64,000 bases of DNA, taken from assembly GCA_963805855.1 (NCBI GenBank), contig CAWDVW010000004.1, forward strand, positions 18,935 to 82,934, given 5' to 3'. This stretch comes from Candidatus Dadabacteria bacterium. GTDB lineage: Bacteria > Desulfobacterota_D > UBA1144 > Nemesobacterales > CSP1-2. Below, one piece after another: positions 34,826 through 47,283 of the stretch. The notes beneath the pieces were generated by a model that did not search any database, was not told where the DNA came from, and worked only from the letters and a program-made list of their open reading frames with translations. The translations under genes and the position numbers were made by a program. Within the stretch, counting starts at the first letter, position 1, and each line of letters begins with the position of its first letter.

Positions 34826-36661
34826 ATGTGTGGAATAGTAGGTTATATTGGCGATAGGAAAAAGACGGTTCATGTTCTCATGGATGGACTGAGCAGGCTT
34901 GAATACAGGGGTTATGATTCGTCCGGCATCGCAGTGATGCAAGATGGGATTTCTAAGGTTTTTAAGAGCAAGGGTAAACTAAACAACTTGAAGAATAAGC
35001 TAAAGGGCAATTCTCTTTCAGGAAGTCCGGGTATTGGACATACGAGGTGGGCAACTCACGGTAGGGCAAACAAGAAAAATGCCCATCCGCATGTTTCTGG
35101 CTCGGTTTCTGTAGTTCATAACGGCATAATCGAGAATTACAATGAATTGAAAACAGAGTTAATTAAAAAGGGTTATGACTTCTATTCGGAAACAGATACC
35201 GAGGTAGTCGCCCATCTAATAGAAGACCTTTCAAGAGATAATAATTTGTCATTTGAGGATGCAGTGCGAAATGCCTTCAAGCGCGTTGAAGGCTCATATG
35301 CTGTTGCTGTTATCTCAGAGAGGGCACCCGATAAGATCGTCGCCATAAGGAAATTCTCTCCCCTTGTAATTGCGCTCGGCAAGAATGAGAGTTTTTTAGC
35401 TTCGGATGTTCAAGCCGTGCTCCCCTATTCTGATGAAATTATTTTTTTGGAAGATGGAGACGTTGCCATATTGGGGAAAAACGGGTTTAGGATAACCGAC
35501 CTTGACGGCAATGAAGTAGCTAGAAATATTTCCAAAATCAATTGGGATCCTGTAGCCATAGAGAAATGCGGTTACAGGCATTTTATGCTGAAGGAGATTC
35601 ATGAACAATCAAGGGCTGTACTCGATACCATAAGGGGACGAATTCACGAACAAACGGGTGATGTAATTTTTGAAGGATTAGAGCATGATGTCTTCAAGAA
35701 TATCAAGAGAATCATCGCTCTCGGTTGTGGAACATCTTACCATGCATGTCTCACCGGTAAGTACATGATAGAGAATTTGTCAAATATACACGTCGAAGCG
35801 GATTTATCATCCGAGTTTCGTTACAGAGAGCCCGTATTGGATCAAAATACCCTTGCAATTGCGGTATCGCAGTCCGGTGAAACCGCTGATACCTCTGAAG
35901 CTCTGTTGGAGGCTAGAAGAAGGGGAGCAAAAACCCTTGCTATAACAAATGTTGAAAGGAGCAAGATCGCAAGGGAATCAAATTTTGTGATTTATACCTG
36001 TGCGGGTCCCGAGATAGGTGTCGCGTCAACAAAAGCATTTACTACCCAACTTATGGTTATGTATCTTCTGGCAATTTTTCTTGGCAGGGTGACGAAAAAG
36101 ATTAACGAAAGAGATGGAAGATATTTTATTAAAGAAGCATTAGCTGTACCACAATTAATCGAAAGAACATTAAAGATCGAGGGCGAAATACAAGAACTGG
36201 CGAAGGGTTTCCATGGCTACAGTAATTTTCTCTACTTGGGTAGAGGCCCTAGTTATCCTATTGCGTTGGAAGGGGCATTGAAGCTTAAAGAGATTACATA
36301 TATACACGCAGAAGGGTTTGCCGCTGGAGAAATGAAGCATGGGCCCATTGCACTGGTAGATGAAAATGTTCCCGTAGTTTTCATAGCACCGCGTTACGGG
36401 ATCTTTTACAAAAAAATATTAGGAAATCTAGAGGAAATCAGAGCAAGAAAGGGTAAGGTTATTTTTTTGACTAACGGGGAGGGGAAAGAAGAAATATTCA
36501 AACACGTTGATAGGATTATTACCATCCCTGAATGTAGTGCATATATCAGCCCGATAATCTCTGTCATACCTTTACAGCTTCTAGCATATTATATTGCAAC
36601 TTACAAGGGGACGGACATAGACCAGCCAAGGAACCTGGCAAAGGTAGTGACAGTTGAGTGA
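34826..36661 (+). CDS. glmS: Glutamine-fructose-6P transaminase
   Basis: MCGIVG, HTRWATHG, SQSGET, PRNLAK. Confidence 0.97.
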   Translation: MCGIVGYIGDRKKTVHVLMDGLSRLEYRGYDSSGIAVMQDGISKVFKSKGKLNNLKNKLKGNSLSGSPGIGHTRWATHGRANKKNAHPHVSGSVSVVHNGIIENYNELKTELIKKGYDFYSETDTEVVAHLIEDLSRDNNLSFEDAVRNAFKRVEGSYAVAVISERAPDKIVAIRKFSPLVIALGKNESFLASDVQAVLPYSDEIIFLEDGDVAILGKNGFRITDLDGNEVARNISKINWDPVAIEKCGYRHFMLKEIHEQSRAVLDTIRGRIHEQTGDVIFEGLEHDVFKNIKRIIALGCGTSYHACLTGKYMIENLSNIHVEADLSSEFRYREPVLDQNTLAIAVSQSGETADTSEALLEARRRGAKTLAITNVERSKIARESNFVIYTCAGPEIGVASTKAFTTQLMVMYLLAIFLGRVTKKINERDGRYFIKEALAVPQLIERTLKIEGEIQELAKGFHGYSNFLYLGRGPSYPIALEGALKLKEITYIHAEGFAAGEMKHGPIALVDENVPVVFIAPRYGIFYKKILGNLEEIRARKGKVIFLTNGEGKEEIFKHVDRIITIPECSAYISPIISVIPLQLLAYYIATYKGTDIDQPRNLAKVVTVE

Positions 36662-36776
36662 GCTACTTGCATTTTTGTTATTTATCGGTATTTATCTTTA
36701 TTCTCCTCTTTCAATTTTTTAGCATCTTGTACACTAAATTGAAATAAAATAAAGCGAATACGTTAGAGGCTTTTGA

Positions 36777-38051
36777 ATGAAAGTTTTGGTCATAGGAGGG
36801 GGCGGGCGGGAGCACGCGCTATGTTGGAAGATATTACAGAGCCCACTGGTCGATCGTATTTATTGTGCTCCAGGTAATGCAGGCATCTCCAAGGTCGCGG
36901 AGTGTATCGATATCAAGCCCGTGGACATTGAGTCTCTCGTGCGGTTTTCAAAAGCTGAAGAAATCGATATCACCATTATTGGTCCTGAGCAGCCTTTGGC
37001 TCAAGGTATAGTTGATAAGTTTAATGCTGAGAAACTTAAGGTCTTTGGTCCTTCCAAAGAGGCCTCACTGATTGAAAGTAGCAAGGTATTCTCAAAGCAT
37101 CTGATGAGAAAGTACGATATACCAACCCCATTTTTTGCAACATTTAATAACTTTAGTGATGCTGTTAAGTGGGTTAGAGAGGTAAAACCACCACTTGTAG
37201 TAAAAGCCGATGGTCTTGCAGGTGGAAAGGGGGTTGTGGTGTGTAAGACTGAAGATGAGATTATCGATACCCTAGATTCGATGATGAGGGGTAGAATTTT
37301 TGGTGATGCCGGAGGGAGTGTTGTGATTGAAGAACTCATTGAGGGTGAAGAGGTCTCATTTTTCGTTTTTACTGATGGAGATGCAGTAATCCCATTAGAA
37401 CCTTCACAGGATCATAAGGCACTCTTAGACGGAGACAAGGGACCAAATACCGGGGGAATGGGTGCTTATTCACCCGCTCCTATAGTAACAGAAGAACTAC
37501 ATAGTAAGATTATGCAGCGAATCATGGTTCCGGTTATAAGAGCGCTCAATAAAGAAGGTAGAAGGTATAAAGGAGTGCTATATGCTGGATTGATGATTAA
37601 GGATTCAGAGCCCACGGTTTTGGAATTTAATTGCAGATTCGGCGATCCGGAAACTCAACCTCTGCTGATGAGGATGAAATCTGATATCGTTCCAATCATC
37701 AATGCAGTTATTGATGGAGATCTCAATGGATGTGAGATCGAATGGAAACCAGAGTCGTCGGTTTGTGTGGTAATAGCTTCGAAGGGATATCCAGGAGATT
37801 ATAAAACGGGTATCGAGCTTCATGGTCTCGATGCTCTGGAAGATCTGGAAAACGTGGTTTTATTTCATGCCGGAACGACGGTCGTAGATGGGAAAGTGAT
37901 ATCAAATGGGGGGAGGATTTTAGGTGTTACTACTCTTGGGAATAGCATAAGTGAATCCATAGATCTTGCCTATAAGGCGATTCGAATGATGGATCATGAT
38001 GACATATATTTTAGGACCGATATAGGAAAGAAGGCATTGCTGTATAAATGA
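36777..38051 (+). CDS. purD: Phosphoribosylamine-glycine ligase
   Basis: GGGGREHA, NTGGMGAY, RFGDPE. Confidence 0.97.
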   Translation: MKVLVIGGGGREHALCWKILQSPLVDRIYCAPGNAGISKVAECIDIKPVDIESLVRFSKAEEIDITIIGPEQPLAQGIVDKFNAEKLKVFGPSKEASLIESSKVFSKHLMRKYDIPTPFFATFNNFSDAVKWVREVKPPLVVKADGLAGGKGVVVCKTEDEIIDTLDSMMRGRIFGDAGGSVVIEELIEGEEVSFFVFTDGDAVIPLEPSQDHKALLDGDKGPNTGGMGAYSPAPIVTEELHSKIMQRIMVPVIRALNKEGRRYKGVLYAGLMIKDSEPTVLEFNCRFGDPETQPLLMRMKSDIVPIINAVIDGDLNGCEIEWKPESSVCVVIASKGYPGDYKTGIELHGLDALEDLENVVLFHAGTTVVDGKVISNGGRILGVTTLGNSISESIDLAYKAIRMMDHDDIYFRTDIGKKALLYK

Positions 38052-38111
38052 GCATTGGTTGAGAAAAATACGAAAAATAGAAACATAATTACAAAAATGG
38101 AGAATCTATAA

Positions 38112-38444
38112 ATGGCAGAGATATGGTATTTGAACACAGGTACTGATACTGTTAAAGGGAAAACGCCAAATTATCAAATATCATTTGACGAATGTGTGGA
38201 AATTTTTGAGCTTACCGAAAATTGTTGGAGATGCAAGAGTGGACAAATACCCGAACTAAAGACGGGCAATCCGATAATAGATGAAAGTGGATATGTTTAT
38301 GTACTCGTAAAGGTTATGAGCAAGGAGTTAAAGATCTCGAGCTTAAAAGGGTGGAAGGCAGGATGGTACATGTCTCCGCTCACCGTTATAAATGCAGAAA
38401 AAAGATTGCAGATGAGACAACCGACCGCCCCTGAAACAGAGTGA
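38112..38444 (+). CDS. Hypothetical protein (110 aa)
   Basis: GGAG RBS, open frame, no recognised motif. Confidence 0.6.
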   Translation: MAEIWYLNTGTDTVKGKTPNYQISFDECVEIFELTENCWRCKSGQIPELKTGNPIIDESGYVYVLVKVMSKELKISSLKGWKAGWYMSPLTVINAEKRLQMRQPTAPETE

Positions 38445-38549
38445 TGTCCATTTTCCGAGAACGCAATAATTTCTTAAGAGTATGATGTTATTGGGATAGA
38501 GTTTTTTGGGTCAAGTAGTCCGGACAATTAGCTAGTCTAACAGATTAAT

Positions 38550-38579
38550 TTGACAAAAACATAGTTATTTGGGTAAATT
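38550..38579 (+). promoter_or_regulatory. Likely str operon promoter
   Basis: TTGACA-N18-TAAATT upstream of rpsL. Confidence 0.5.
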
Positions 38580-38613
38580 AATCGTTTAACTTTTTTATAT
38601 CGATAATGGAACG

Positions 38614-38985
38614 ATGCCTACTATTAACCAGTTAGTTAGAGAAGGAAGAGAGCAGGTAAGGAAAAAGAGCAAGGCTCCTGCCTTACAAAATTGCCCTCAG
38701 AAAAGAGGGGTGTGTATCAGGGTGTATACAACGACACCGAAGAAACCAAATTCGGCTCTTAGGAAGGTAGCTAGGGTAAGACTTACAAACGGAATAGAGA
38801 TTACCGGTTATATCCCCGGGGAAGGCCATTCACTTCAGGAGCACTCTGTAGTCCTGGTCAGGGGTGGTAGGGTGAAAGACCTACCAGGAGTCAGATACCA
38901 TATCGTAAGAGGCACGTTAGATACAACAGGGGTGGAGAGCAGAAGGAGGGGCCGTTCAAAATATGGTGCCAAAAGACCAAAGTAG
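38614..38985 (+). CDS. rpsL: Ribosomal protein S12
   Basis: [19 protein letters not shown]. Confidence 0.99.
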   Translation: MPTINQLVREGREQVRKKSKAPALQNCPQKRGVCIRVYTTTPKKPNSALRKVARVRLTNGIEITGYIPGEGHSLQEHSVVLVRGGRVKDLPGVRYHIVRGTLDTTGVESRRRGRSKYGAKRPK

Positions 38986-38999
38986 AAGGAAACATTGAG

Positions 39000-39470
39000 A
39001 TGCCAAGGAAAGGATCAGTTTCTAAAAGGAAAATACAGCCGGACCCTAAGTTTAAGGATGATATGGTTTCGAAATTCATAAACTCTCTCATGTATGATGG
39101 TAAGAAAAGTAAGGCTGAAAAGATATTTTATAAAGCACTTGAAATGGTTCGGGATAAAATGGGCAAAGATTCACTCGAAGTTTTCCATAGTGCGATGGAA
39201 AATGTTAAGCCTGTGCTCGAGGTCAGGCCCCGGAGGGTAGGTGGTGCGACCTATCAGGTTCCTATGGAGGTTAACCATTTTCGCCGTCTATCACTTTCAA
39301 TCAGATGGGTAATCAATGCTTCACGGAGTAGACAAGGTAATTCTATGGAAGAAAAACTCGCCGGTGAAATAATGGACGCTGCTCAAGGACGTGGCGGAGC
39401 CATGAAGAAAAAAGAAGATGCTTACAGGATGGCCGAGGCAAATAGGGCATTTGCTCATTATAGGTGGTAA
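39000..39470 (+). CDS. rpsG: Ribosomal protein S7
   Basis: [18 protein letters not shown]. Confidence 0.99.
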   Translation: MPRKGSVSKRKIQPDPKFKDDMVSKFINSLMYDGKKSKAEKIFYKALEMVRDKMGKDSLEVFHSAMENVKPVLEVRPRRVGGATYQVPMEVNHFRRLSLSIRWVINASRSRQGNSMEEKLAGEIMDAAQGRGGAMKKKEDAYRMAEANRAFAHYRW

Positions 39471-39489
39471 TAATAGGGAGATTTAAATT

Positions 39490-41571
39490 TTGAGTGTGTT
39501 AATACCGATAGACAAGATCAGAAATATAGGGATTGTGGCTCATATTGATGCTGGAAAGACCACAACAACCGAGCGAATCCTTTACTATACGGGACTCACC
39601 TATAAAATCGGCGAGGTTCACGAGGGGACAGCTACGATGGATTGGATGGAGCAGGAGCGGGAGAGGGGTATAACTATTACTTCTGCTACTACGACTTGTT
39701 TCTGGAATAATCATAGAATAAATGTTATCGATACCCCGGGACACGTAGATTTTACTATCGAGGTTGAGCGCTCCTTAAAGGTATTGGATGGTGCCGTCGT
39801 TGTATTTGATAGCGTCGGGGGTGTTGAACCACAGTCGGAAACCGTTTGGCGTCAAGCTGATCGATATAGGGTACCAAGAATTGCATTTGTTAATAAAATG
39901 GACAGGGTAGGCGCGGGGTTTTTTAACGTTGTAGAACAGATGAAGAATAGGCTGAAAGCAAATCCTGTTTACTTACATATTCCGTGGATAGAGAAAGATG
40001 AATTCAAGGGAATTGTGGATCTGATAAAGATGCAGATGGCAGTTTGGGATAATGACTCTCTCGGTGCTAAATATGAATTTGTGGATATTCCTAAAGAACT
40101 CGAACAAGCTGCTGAGGCCGGTAAGGAACAGCTTGTTGAGGCCATAGCTGATCATGACGAAGAGATAATGGAAAAGTATATAAGCGGTAAGGAGGTCGGT
40201 GAGGATGAAATCAAAGGGGCGCTGAGAAGACTAACGATCCAAATAAAATTGATACCTGTTTTCTGTGGCGCAGCGTTTAAGAATAAAGGGGTTCAACTAT
40301 TACTGGATGCGATCGTAGATTATCTACCTTCTCCATTGGAGTTGCCCCCGGTCGAGGGTATTAACCCAAGGACAGACGAGGCCGAGGTAAGATACCCGAA
40401 AGAAACAGAGCCTTTTTCCGCACTTGCATTTAAGATAATGACGGATCCCTTCGTAGGTCAACTCACATATTTGAGGGTTTATTCGGGAAAGCTTTCAACC
40501 GGTGATATTGTCATTAATTCAGTTAAGGACACCAGGGAGAAGATTGGAAGACTTCTAAGGATGCATGCCAATAAGCGTGAAGAGATCAAAGAAATAAGCT
40601 CAGGCGGAATTGCAGCTGCTGTGGGTTTGAAAAATACGATTACGGGGGACACACTTTGCGATGAAGACAAACCAATAATACTTGAGAGCCTTCAATTTTC
40701 TGAACCTGTCATTTCAATAGCTATTGAACCGAAAACCAAGGCTGATCAGGAGAAATTGGGTATTTCGCTTAATAAGCTTGCTATGGAAGATCCGTCTTTC
40801 AGAGTAAAGTACGATGAAGAAACTGGGCAGACCATAATCTCTGGTATGGGTGAGCTGCATCTGGAAATAATAGTAGATCGTCTAAGGCGCGAATTTAAAG
40901 TGGACGCGAATGTCGGAAGACCTGAAGTTGCGTATAAAGAGACCATCAGTACGTCGTCTCGCGCTGAGGGTAAATTTATTAGACAGACCGGCGGTCGGGG
41001 TCAATACGGACATGTAAAGATCAAAGTTGACCCATTGGAACGAGACTCTGGTTTTAAATTTATTGATTCCATAAAGGGAGGAACGATCCCTAGAGAGTTT
41101 ATTCCCGCGATAGAAAAGGGAGTGAAAGAGGCTATGGAGACCGGTGTTGTAGCTGGATATCCGGTAATCGATGTGAGTGTAGAACTCATTGACGGTTCGT
41201 ATCATGAAGTCGATTCTTCTGAAATTGCATTTAAGATCGCGGCATCAATGGCGTTTAAGGATGCTATAAGTAGGGCAAAGCCTGTCCTACTTGAACCTGA
41301 TATGAAGGTAGAGGTCGTTGTTCCCGAAGAATTTATGGGGGTTATACTGGGAGACCTGAGCTCAAAAAGAGGAAAGATTATTGGTACGGAGCTGAGAGGT
41401 GGATTGCAGGCTATAAGGGCCGAGGTGCCGTTAGCGGAAATGTTTGGATATGCTACAGGAATGAGGTCCATGACTGAAGGAAGAGGTTCTTTCACCATGG
41501 AATTCTCTCACTATATTAAGGTTCCAGAGATGCTTTCACCGGGTATAAAGACTAGGGTGGGAGGCGTTTAA
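39490..41571 (+). CDS. fusA: Elongation factor G
   Basis: [21 protein letters not shown]. Confidence 0.99.
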   Translation: MSVLIPIDKIRNIGIVAHIDAGKTTTTERILYYTGLTYKIGEVHEGTATMDWMEQERERGITITSATTTCFWNNHRINVIDTPGHVDFTIEVERSLKVLDGAVVVFDSVGGVEPQSETVWRQADRYRVPRIAFVNKMDRVGAGFFNVVEQMKNRLKANPVYLHIPWIEKDEFKGIVDLIKMQMAVWDNDSLGAKYEFVDIPKELEQAAEAGKEQLVEAIADHDEEIMEKYISGKEVGEDEIKGALRRLTIQIKLIPVFCGAAFKNKGVQLLLDAIVDYLPSPLELPPVEGINPRTDEAEVRYPKETEPFSALAFKIMTDPFVGQLTYLRVYSGKLSTGDIVINSVKDTREKIGRLLRMHANKREEIKEISSGGIAAAVGLKNTITGDTLCDEDKPIILESLQFSEPVISIAIEPKTKADQEKLGISLNKLAMEDPSFRVKYDEETGQTIISGMGELHLEIIVDRLRREFKVDANVGRPEVAYKETISTSSRAEGKFIRQTGGRGQYGHVKIKVDPLERDSGFKFIDSIKGGTIPREFIPAIEKGVKEAMETGVVAGYPVIDVSVELIDGSYHEVDSSEIAFKIAASMAFKDAISRAKPVLLEPDMKVEVVVPEEFMGVILGDLSSKRGKIIGTELRGGLQAIRAEVPLAEMFGYATGMRSMTEGRGSFTMEFSHYIKVPEMLSPGIKTRVGGV

Positions 41572-41604
41572 TTAACTCATCATTGACTAAGGAGGAAATT
41601 AGAG

Positions 41605-42789
41605 ATGTCTAAGGCGAGATTTGAGAGGGGCAAGCCGCACCTAAACATAGGGACGGTGGGTCATGTGGATCATGGTAAGACGACATTGACGGCGGCGATA
41701 ACGAAGGTATTGGAGAAGCAGGGCAGAGCGAAGTACGTGGAGTTTTCGGATATAGACAAGGCGCCGGAGGAGAAGGAGAGGGGGATAACGATAAACATAG
41801 CGCATGTGGAGTATGAGACGGAGAAGAGGCATTATGCGCATGTGGATTGTCCTGGGCATGCGGATTATGTAAAGAACATGATAACGGGAGCGGCGCAGAT
41901 GGATGGGGCAATATTGGTGGTGAGTGCGCCGGATGGGCCGATGCCGCAGACAAGGGAGCACATATTGTTGGCGAGGCAGGTAGGGGTACCGTATATAGTA
42001 GTATGTTTGAACAAGGTGGACATGATGGATGATGAGGAGTTATTGGATTTAGTGGAGTTGGAGGTAAGGGAGTTATTGGGGCAGTATGGGTTTCCTGGGG
42101 ATGATGTACCTGTGGTGAGGGTGAGTGCGTTGAAGGCATTGGAGGGGGATGAGGGGGCGGAGAAGCAGGTAATAGAGTTAATGGAAGCGGTGGACAGTTA
42201 TATACCGGAGCCTGTGAGGGAGATGGACAAGCCGTTTTTGATGGCGATAGAGGATGTGTTTACGATATCGGGTAGGGGCACGGTGGTAACGGGCAGGGTA
42301 GAGAGGGGGAAGATAAAGGCAGGAGACGAGGTTGAGATAGTGGGATTTAGTCCGACGAGGAAGACGGTGGCGACGAGTTTGGAGATGTTCAGGAAGATAT
42401 TGGATGATGCGATAGCTGGGGACAACGTTGGGGTATTGTTGAGAGGGATAGGAAAGGAGGAGGTGGAGAGGGGGCAGGTGTTAGCGGCGCCTGGGAGTAT
42501 AACGCCGCACAAGAGGCTAAATGCGGAGGTATATGTATTGAAGAAGGAGGAGGGGGGAAGGCACACACCGTTTTTTCCTGGGTACAGGCCGCAGTTTTAT
42601 TTACGGACTACGGATGTAACTGGTTCGATCAAGCTGCCTGAGGGGGTAGAGATGGTGATGCCTGGGGATAATATAAACATGGAGGTAGAGTTGATCTCGC
42701 CGGTGGCGATGGAGGAGCAGTTGAGGTTTGCGATAAGAGAGGGAGGAAGGACAGTGGGTGCCGGTGTTGTAACGAGCATCATTGAATGA
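41605..42789 (+). CDS. tuf: Elongation factor Tu
   Basis: [21 protein letters not shown]. Confidence 0.99.
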   Translation: MSKARFERGKPHLNIGTVGHVDHGKTTLTAAITKVLEKQGRAKYVEFSDIDKAPEEKERGITINIAHVEYETEKRHYAHVDCPGHADYVKNMITGAAQMDGAILVVSAPDGPMPQTREHILLARQVGVPYIVVCLNKVDMMDDEELLDLVELEVRELLGQYGFPGDDVPVVRVSALKALEGDEGAEKQVIELMEAVDSYIPEPVREMDKPFLMAIEDVFTISGRGTVVTGRVERGKIKAGDEVEIVGFSPTRKTVATSLEMFRKILDDAIAGDNVGVLLRGIGKEEVERGQVLAAPGSITPHKRLNAEVYVLKKEEGGRHTPFFPGYRPQFYLRTTDVTGSIKLPEGVEMVMPGDNINMEVELISPVAMEEQLRFAIREGGRTVGAGVVTSIIE

Positions 42790-42811
42790 AGGCTATGAGG
42801 TCAAAACAAAT

Positions 42812-43132
42812 ATGAGCCGGGCTGCGAAGATAAGGATAAAATTAAAATCATTCGATCATAGATTGCTCGATAAGTCTGCGGTAGAGATTCTAGATACCGC
42901 GAAGAGAACTGGAGCTAAAGTGGCTGGACCCGTTCCGCTTCCGACACATATTAGTCGCTACTGTGTGTTGAGATCTCCACATGTGGATAAGAATTCAAGA
43001 GAGCATTTTGAGATAAGGACACATAAGAGAATAGTTGATATACTGGAACCTACGCAACAAACCATAGATGCCCTGATGAAACTAGATTTGGCTTCCGGGG
43101 TTGAAGTGGAAATTAAACTTACTAGCTCGTGA
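42812..43132 (+). CDS. rpsJ: Ribosomal protein S10
   Basis: [18 protein letters not shown]. Confidence 0.97.
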   Translation: MSRAAKIRIKLKSFDHRLLDKSAVEILDTAKRTGAKVAGPVPLPTHISRYCVLRSPHVDKNSREHFEIRTHKRIVDILEPTQQTIDALMKLDLASGVEVEIKLTSS

Positions 43133-43138
43133 TTTTTC

Positions 43139-43771
43139 ATGATACAGGGAATAATTGGCCGAAAGATTGGTATGACGGAATTGTTTATGGAAGACGGAAC
43201 AGTCGTAGTTTGTACTGTAGTCAATGCAGGACCGTGTTTCGTCGTCGATAAGAGAACAGTTGAAAAGAATGGTTATGATGGTATCCAGCTGGGCTTTGAG
43301 GAAGTGAAGCCACAGAGGGTAAGGAAGCCAGTGGCAGGCCATTTTAAGAGGGCCGGAGTTCGACCATTTAAATATCTTTATGAGTTTAAGGGTGACACTG
43401 AGAAATATAAGGCCGGTGACGTTATTACTGCGGGAATATTTAAAGCGGGCGATATTATTGATGTTTCTGGAAAAAGTAAGGGAAAAGGCTTTTCTGGAGT
43501 TATGAAAAGACATGGTTTTGCCGGACAACCGGATTCCCATGGCGGAATGTCACACAGAAAACCCGGTTCGATTGGTCAGGCCTCATATCCTGCAAGGGTT
43601 TGGAAAGGAATGAAGATGCCCGGTCAAATGGGTAACAAAAGTGTTGCCATGCAGGGCCTCCAGGTTGCGAAAGTTGATCCTGATAACAATTTATTGATAG
43701 TAAAGGGATCTGTTCCAGGACCGAGAGGTGGTGTTTTATTAATTAGACATACTACCAAGGGGAGAAATTAG
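43139..43771 (+). CDS. rplC: Ribosomal protein L3
   Basis: KIGMT, KGKGFSG. Confidence 0.97.
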   Translation: MIQGIIGRKIGMTELFMEDGTVVVCTVVNAGPCFVVDKRTVEKNGYDGIQLGFEEVKPQRVRKPVAGHFKRAGVRPFKYLYEFKGDTEKYKAGDVITAGIFKAGDIIDVSGKSKGKGFSGVMKRHGFAGQPDSHGGMSHRKPGSIGQASYPARVWKGMKMPGQMGNKSVAMQGLQVAKVDPDNNLLIVKGSVPGPRGGVLLIRHTTKGRN

Positions 43772-43772
43772 A

Positions 43773-44396
43773 TTGCCCAATTGCGACGTTTTCGATTTGG
43801 ATAAGAATAAAGTAGGTTCAGTCATCATCGATCCAGATATTTTCGAATCGCCGGTAAAGGAGCATCTACTTCACACCGTAGTAAGGTGGCAACTAGCTAA
43901 TCGACGCTCCGGCACAGCTTCTACAAAGACAAGGGGAGAAGTGAGCGGAGGTGGTCGGAAACCATGGAAGCAAAAACATCTTGGTCGAGCTAGACAGGGG
44001 AGTATACGATCGCCACAATGGAGAAAAGGAGCGGTGGTGTTTGGGCCAAGACCGAGGGACTGGTCGTATGACATACCAAAAAAGGTCAGACGTCAGGCCC
44101 TGAAAAGTGCCCTTTCTATTAAACACAGTAGTGGAAAGCTTTTTATCATAAGGGAGTTCAACCTGCCAGGGATTAGTACTAAAAGTCTTGTCGAGTTTAT
44201 AAAGAGATTTGAGCTGGATAAGACGTTGATTTTAATAAATGATAAAAATGAAAATTTGAGGAGATCAGCCAGAAATCTCAAAAGTTTGAAGATTTTAAAT
44301 ATAGACGGATTGAACGTGTATGATCTTCTCAGATTTGATTTCTTGGTCATTACAGAGGATTCACTCCTAAGGCTGCGGGAGGTTTTTAGAAGTTGA
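43773..44396 (+). CDS. rplD: Ribosomal protein L4
   Basis: TKTRGEVSGGGRKPW. Confidence 0.97.
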   Translation: MPNCDVFDLDKNKVGSVIIDPDIFESPVKEHLLHTVVRWQLANRRSGTASTKTRGEVSGGGRKPWKQKHLGRARQGSIRSPQWRKGAVVFGPRPRDWSYDIPKKVRRQALKSALSIKHSSGKLFIIREFNLPGISTKSLVEFIKRFELDKTLILINDKNENLRRSARNLKSLKILNIDGLNVYDLLRFDFLVITEDSLLRLREVFRS

Positions 44397-44680
44397 AGGA
44401 CCCAAGAAATATAATAAAACACCCTATAGTGACTGAGAAATCAACGGATTTAAAGAATCATAGTTGGTATGTATTTGCGGTGGACAAAAGGGCAAACAAA
44501 AGAGAGATAATGAATGCTGTCGAAAAGATATTTAATGTGAAGGTCGATAAGGTTAGAACGCTTATCAAACCAGGGAAAGTTGTAAAGAGATTTGGTCGGG
44601 AAGTAGGTAAGGGTTCTCCTTTAAAGAAGGCTTATGTAAAGTTGAGAGAAGGGACGATAGAGTTTTTTGAGGGTGTCTAA
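44393..44680 (+). CDS. rplW: Ribosomal protein L23
   Basis: PIVTEKS, KKAYV. Confidence 0.95.
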   Translation: MKDPRNIIKHPIVTEKSTDLKNHSWYVFAVDKRANKREIMNAVEKIFNVKVDKVRTLIKPGKVVKRFGREVGKGSPLKKAYVKLREGTIEFFEGV

Positions 44681-44681
44681 C

Positions 44682-45524
44682 ATGGGTATAAAAAAATATA
44701 ATCCTACTACACCTGGGACAAGATTTAGAACCGGCTTAGACTTCTCGGAAATTACGGTTAAAAAACCTCATAAGCCACTTACGAGATCATTAAAGGAGAA
44801 ATCCGGGAGAAATTCACAGGGCAGGATTACTAGCTATAATCGTGGTGGTGGTAATAAGCGTTTTTATAGGATAATAGATTTTAAAAGGGATAAATTCGAT
44901 GTTCCGGCAAAGGTGGCTTCGATTGAATACGATCCTAATCGCTCTGCTAGGATCTCACTTCTCAGTTACGTTGACGGTGAGAAGCGATACATACTGACTC
45001 CAGACGAGCTTAGAATAGGAGATACGGTTGAGTCAGGTGAGAATGTTGAGATCTCAATCGGCAATGCCCTACCTTTGAAGAGCATCCCTCTTGGAACGTT
45101 TATTCATAATATCGAGGTGAAAGCCGGGGCCGGCGGGAAATTGGCTCGATCTGCGGGTACTTCTGCGCAGGTAATGGCTAAAGAAGGCAACTATGCACAG
45201 ATTAAGTTAAAATCTGGCGAGATCCGTAAAATATTATTATCATGCATGGCCACGGTGGGAAGGGTTGGAAATCCGGAACATGAGCTTGTAGTGGTTGGAA
45301 AGGCTGGTAGAAGCAGGCATTTGAAACGTCGCCCAAACGTAAGAGGGGTAGCAATGAATCCAGTAGATCACCCACATGGAGGGGGTGAAGGAAAAGCCAC
45401 GAAGGGAAACCCTCATCCGGTATCTCCGTGGGGATGGATTACGATTGGTTACAAGACGAGAAAAAACAAAAGAACGAATAAATATAGAGTCAAACCCAGA
45501 AGAATCGGCTACGGTATGGGTTAG
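44682..45524 (+). CDS. rplB: Ribosomal protein L2
   Basis: [21 protein letters not shown]. Confidence 0.98.
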   Translation: MGIKKYNPTTPGTRFRTGLDFSEITVKKPHKPLTRSLKEKSGRNSQGRITSYNRGGGNKRFYRIIDFKRDKFDVPAKVASIEYDPNRSARISLLSYVDGEKRYILTPDELRIGDTVESGENVEISIGNALPLKSIPLGTFIHNIEVKAGAGGKLARSAGTSAQVMAKEGNYAQIKLKSGEIRKILLSCMATVGRVGNPEHELVVVGKAGRSRHLKRRPNVRGVAMNPVDHPHGGGEGKATKGNPHPVSPWGWITIGYKTRKNKRTNKYRVKPRRIGYGMG

Positions 45525-45535
45525 GAGATATCTGT

Positions 45536-45829
45536 ATGCCAAGATCGAGTAAGAAGGCACCTTACGTGCTTCCAAAACTGTTGAACCAGATTAGGTCTGC
45601 TAAGGATAAAGGTGATCAACGAATAATCAAAACATGGTCTAGGGACTCGATGATAATACCTGATATGATAGGCCTTACCTTTGCTGTCTATAATGGTAAG
45701 AAGTTCATACCGGTCTATATTACTGAACATATGGTAGGCCATAAACTTGGTGAGTTTTCTCCTACTCGTACCTATTCCGGTCATGGTGCTGGAGATAAAA
45801 AAGCCAGGATTGAAAAATCGGCAGAATAA
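45536..45829 (+). CDS. rpsS: Ribosomal protein S19
   Basis: [16 protein letters not shown]. Confidence 0.97.
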   Translation: MPRSSKKAPYVLPKLLNQIRSAKDKGDQRIIKTWSRDSMIIPDMIGLTFAVYNGKKFIPVYITEHMVGHKLGEFSPTRTYSGHGAGDKKARIEKSAE

Positions 45830-45846
45830 TAGAATAAGGATGAGCA

Positions 45847-46185
45847 ATGGTTTCACGGGCAGTTCATAAGTATGTAAAGATTTCGCCAAAGAAGGTTAGA
45901 TTAGTTTTGGATTTGATCAAGGGAAACGATGTAGAGAAGGCGTTTTCTGATCTTACATCCATAAGGAAGAGATCGGCGCCCCTTATAGCAAAGGTTTTGA
46001 AATCGGCGGTGGCCAACGCTTCTGAGAAGGGACATTCAGATACTGAAACCCTCTACATCAAGGAGGCGTCTGTTTCTCAGGGACCCGCTTACAAGAGATT
46101 CAGAGCGAGAGCTATGGGGAGGGCAACAAGGAGAAAGAAGTTGATGAGCCATATTACAATTGTTCTGGAAGAGAGGGGGTTATAA
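45847..46185 (+). CDS. rplV: Ribosomal protein L22
   Basis: SPKKVR, SAVANA, RAMGRA. Confidence 0.97.
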   Translation: MVSRAVHKYVKISPKKVRLVLDLIKGNDVEKAFSDLTSIRKRSAPLIAKVLKSAVANASEKGHSDTETLYIKEASVSQGPAYKRFRARAMGRATRRKKLMSHITIVLEERGL

Positions 46186-46186
46186 A

Positions 46187-46840
46187 GTGGGTCAAAAAAT
46201 AAACCCTATCGGATTGAGGATAGGAATTGTGAAATCTTGGGATTCAAAATGGTATGCGGAAAAGAGAAAATATACTGAGCTTCTTCATGAAGATATACAG
46301 ATCAGGTCGATGATAAAGAAGGAGTTTTATCAAGCCGCGATTTCAAAGATTGAACTTGAAAGGGCGGCGTCTGAGAGGGTAAGGATTGTAATTAATGCAG
46401 CTCGCCCGGGAATGATAATTGGTAGGAAGGGTCAGGAGATCGATACACTGAGAAATAGATTAAATAAGATAACCGGGAAAAACATTTATCTAGATATACG
46501 CGAGGTAAAACGTCCCGAGATAGATGCCCAGCTAGTGGCTGAGAATGTTGCGCTTCAAATCGAGAGGCGGATCGCGTACAGGAGGGCTATGAAAAGAGCA
46601 ATTTCCTCGGGTCTGAGGCTGGGCGCGCTTGGAATAAAGATCATGGTCTCGGGACGGCTTGGGGGTTCAGAAATAGCGAGGAAGGAATGGTACAGAGAGG
46701 GAAGGGTCCCGCTGGCCACACTTCGCGCCGATATTGACTTTGGGTTTGCTGAGGCGAAAACAACTTATGGAAGAATAGGCGTCAAGGTCTGGATATTCAA
46801 GGGTGAAGTGCTAGAGAGCAGAAGTCGACAATATAGTTAG
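46187..46840 (+). CDS. rpsC: Ribosomal protein S3
   Basis: [23 protein letters not shown]. Confidence 0.97.
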   Translation: MGQKINPIGLRIGIVKSWDSKWYAEKRKYTELLHEDIQIRSMIKKEFYQAAISKIELERAASERVRIVINAARPGMIIGRKGQEIDTLRNRLNKITGKNIYLDIREVKRPEIDAQLVAENVALQIERRIAYRRAMKRAISSGLRLGALGIKIMVSGRLGGSEIARKEWYREGRVPLATLRADIDFGFAEAKTTYGRIGVKVWIFKGEVLESRSRQYS

Positions 46841-46857
46841 TCTTGTTTGGAGGAAAG

Positions 46858-47283
46858 ATGCTTCAACCGGCACGAACTAAATATAGAAAACAGCACAAAA
46901 GAAGAATAAGGGGTTCTGCTACAAAGGGGGCAAGCCTTGCCTTTGGTGATTTTGGTCTTCAATCTGTTGAATGTGGAAGAATAAATGCCAGGCAGATTGA
47001 AGCAGCCCGAATTGCTATTACCAGGCACGTGAAGAGAGGTGCAAAGCTGTGGATAAGAATATTTCCGCATAAGCCGTTTACCAAAAAACCCGCAGAGACT
47101 AGGATGGGCAAGGGTAAAGGTGACGTCGCTGGCTATATTTCCCCAGTAAAAAGAGGCACTATGCTTTATGAAATTAGCGGACTTCCTTTTGACATAGCGA
47201 CTGAAGCCCTGAGGCTAGCTTCTCACAAGCTATCTGTTAGGACTCGAATTGTGTCTCGAGAGGGGGGTGTTCTTCAAATATGA
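46858..47283 (+). CDS. rplP: Ribosomal protein L16
   Basis: [18 protein letters not shown]. Confidence 0.97.
   Translation: MLQPARTKYRKQHKRRIRGSATKGASLAFGDFGLQSVECGRINARQIEAARIAITRHVKRGAKLWIRIFPHKPFTKKPAETRMGKGKGDVAGYISPVKRGTMLYEISGLPFDIATEALRLASHKLSVRTRIVSREGGVLQI

Noticed and set aside
36661-36776. Tn7 insertion at attTn7 or a glmS ribozyme
   Set aside because: Only 115 nt to purD with no Tn7 end; only 4 nt separate glmU and glmS
41609-42566. Pro/His/Ser-rich minus-strand ORFs over tuf
   Set aside because: By-product of the G skew of tuf
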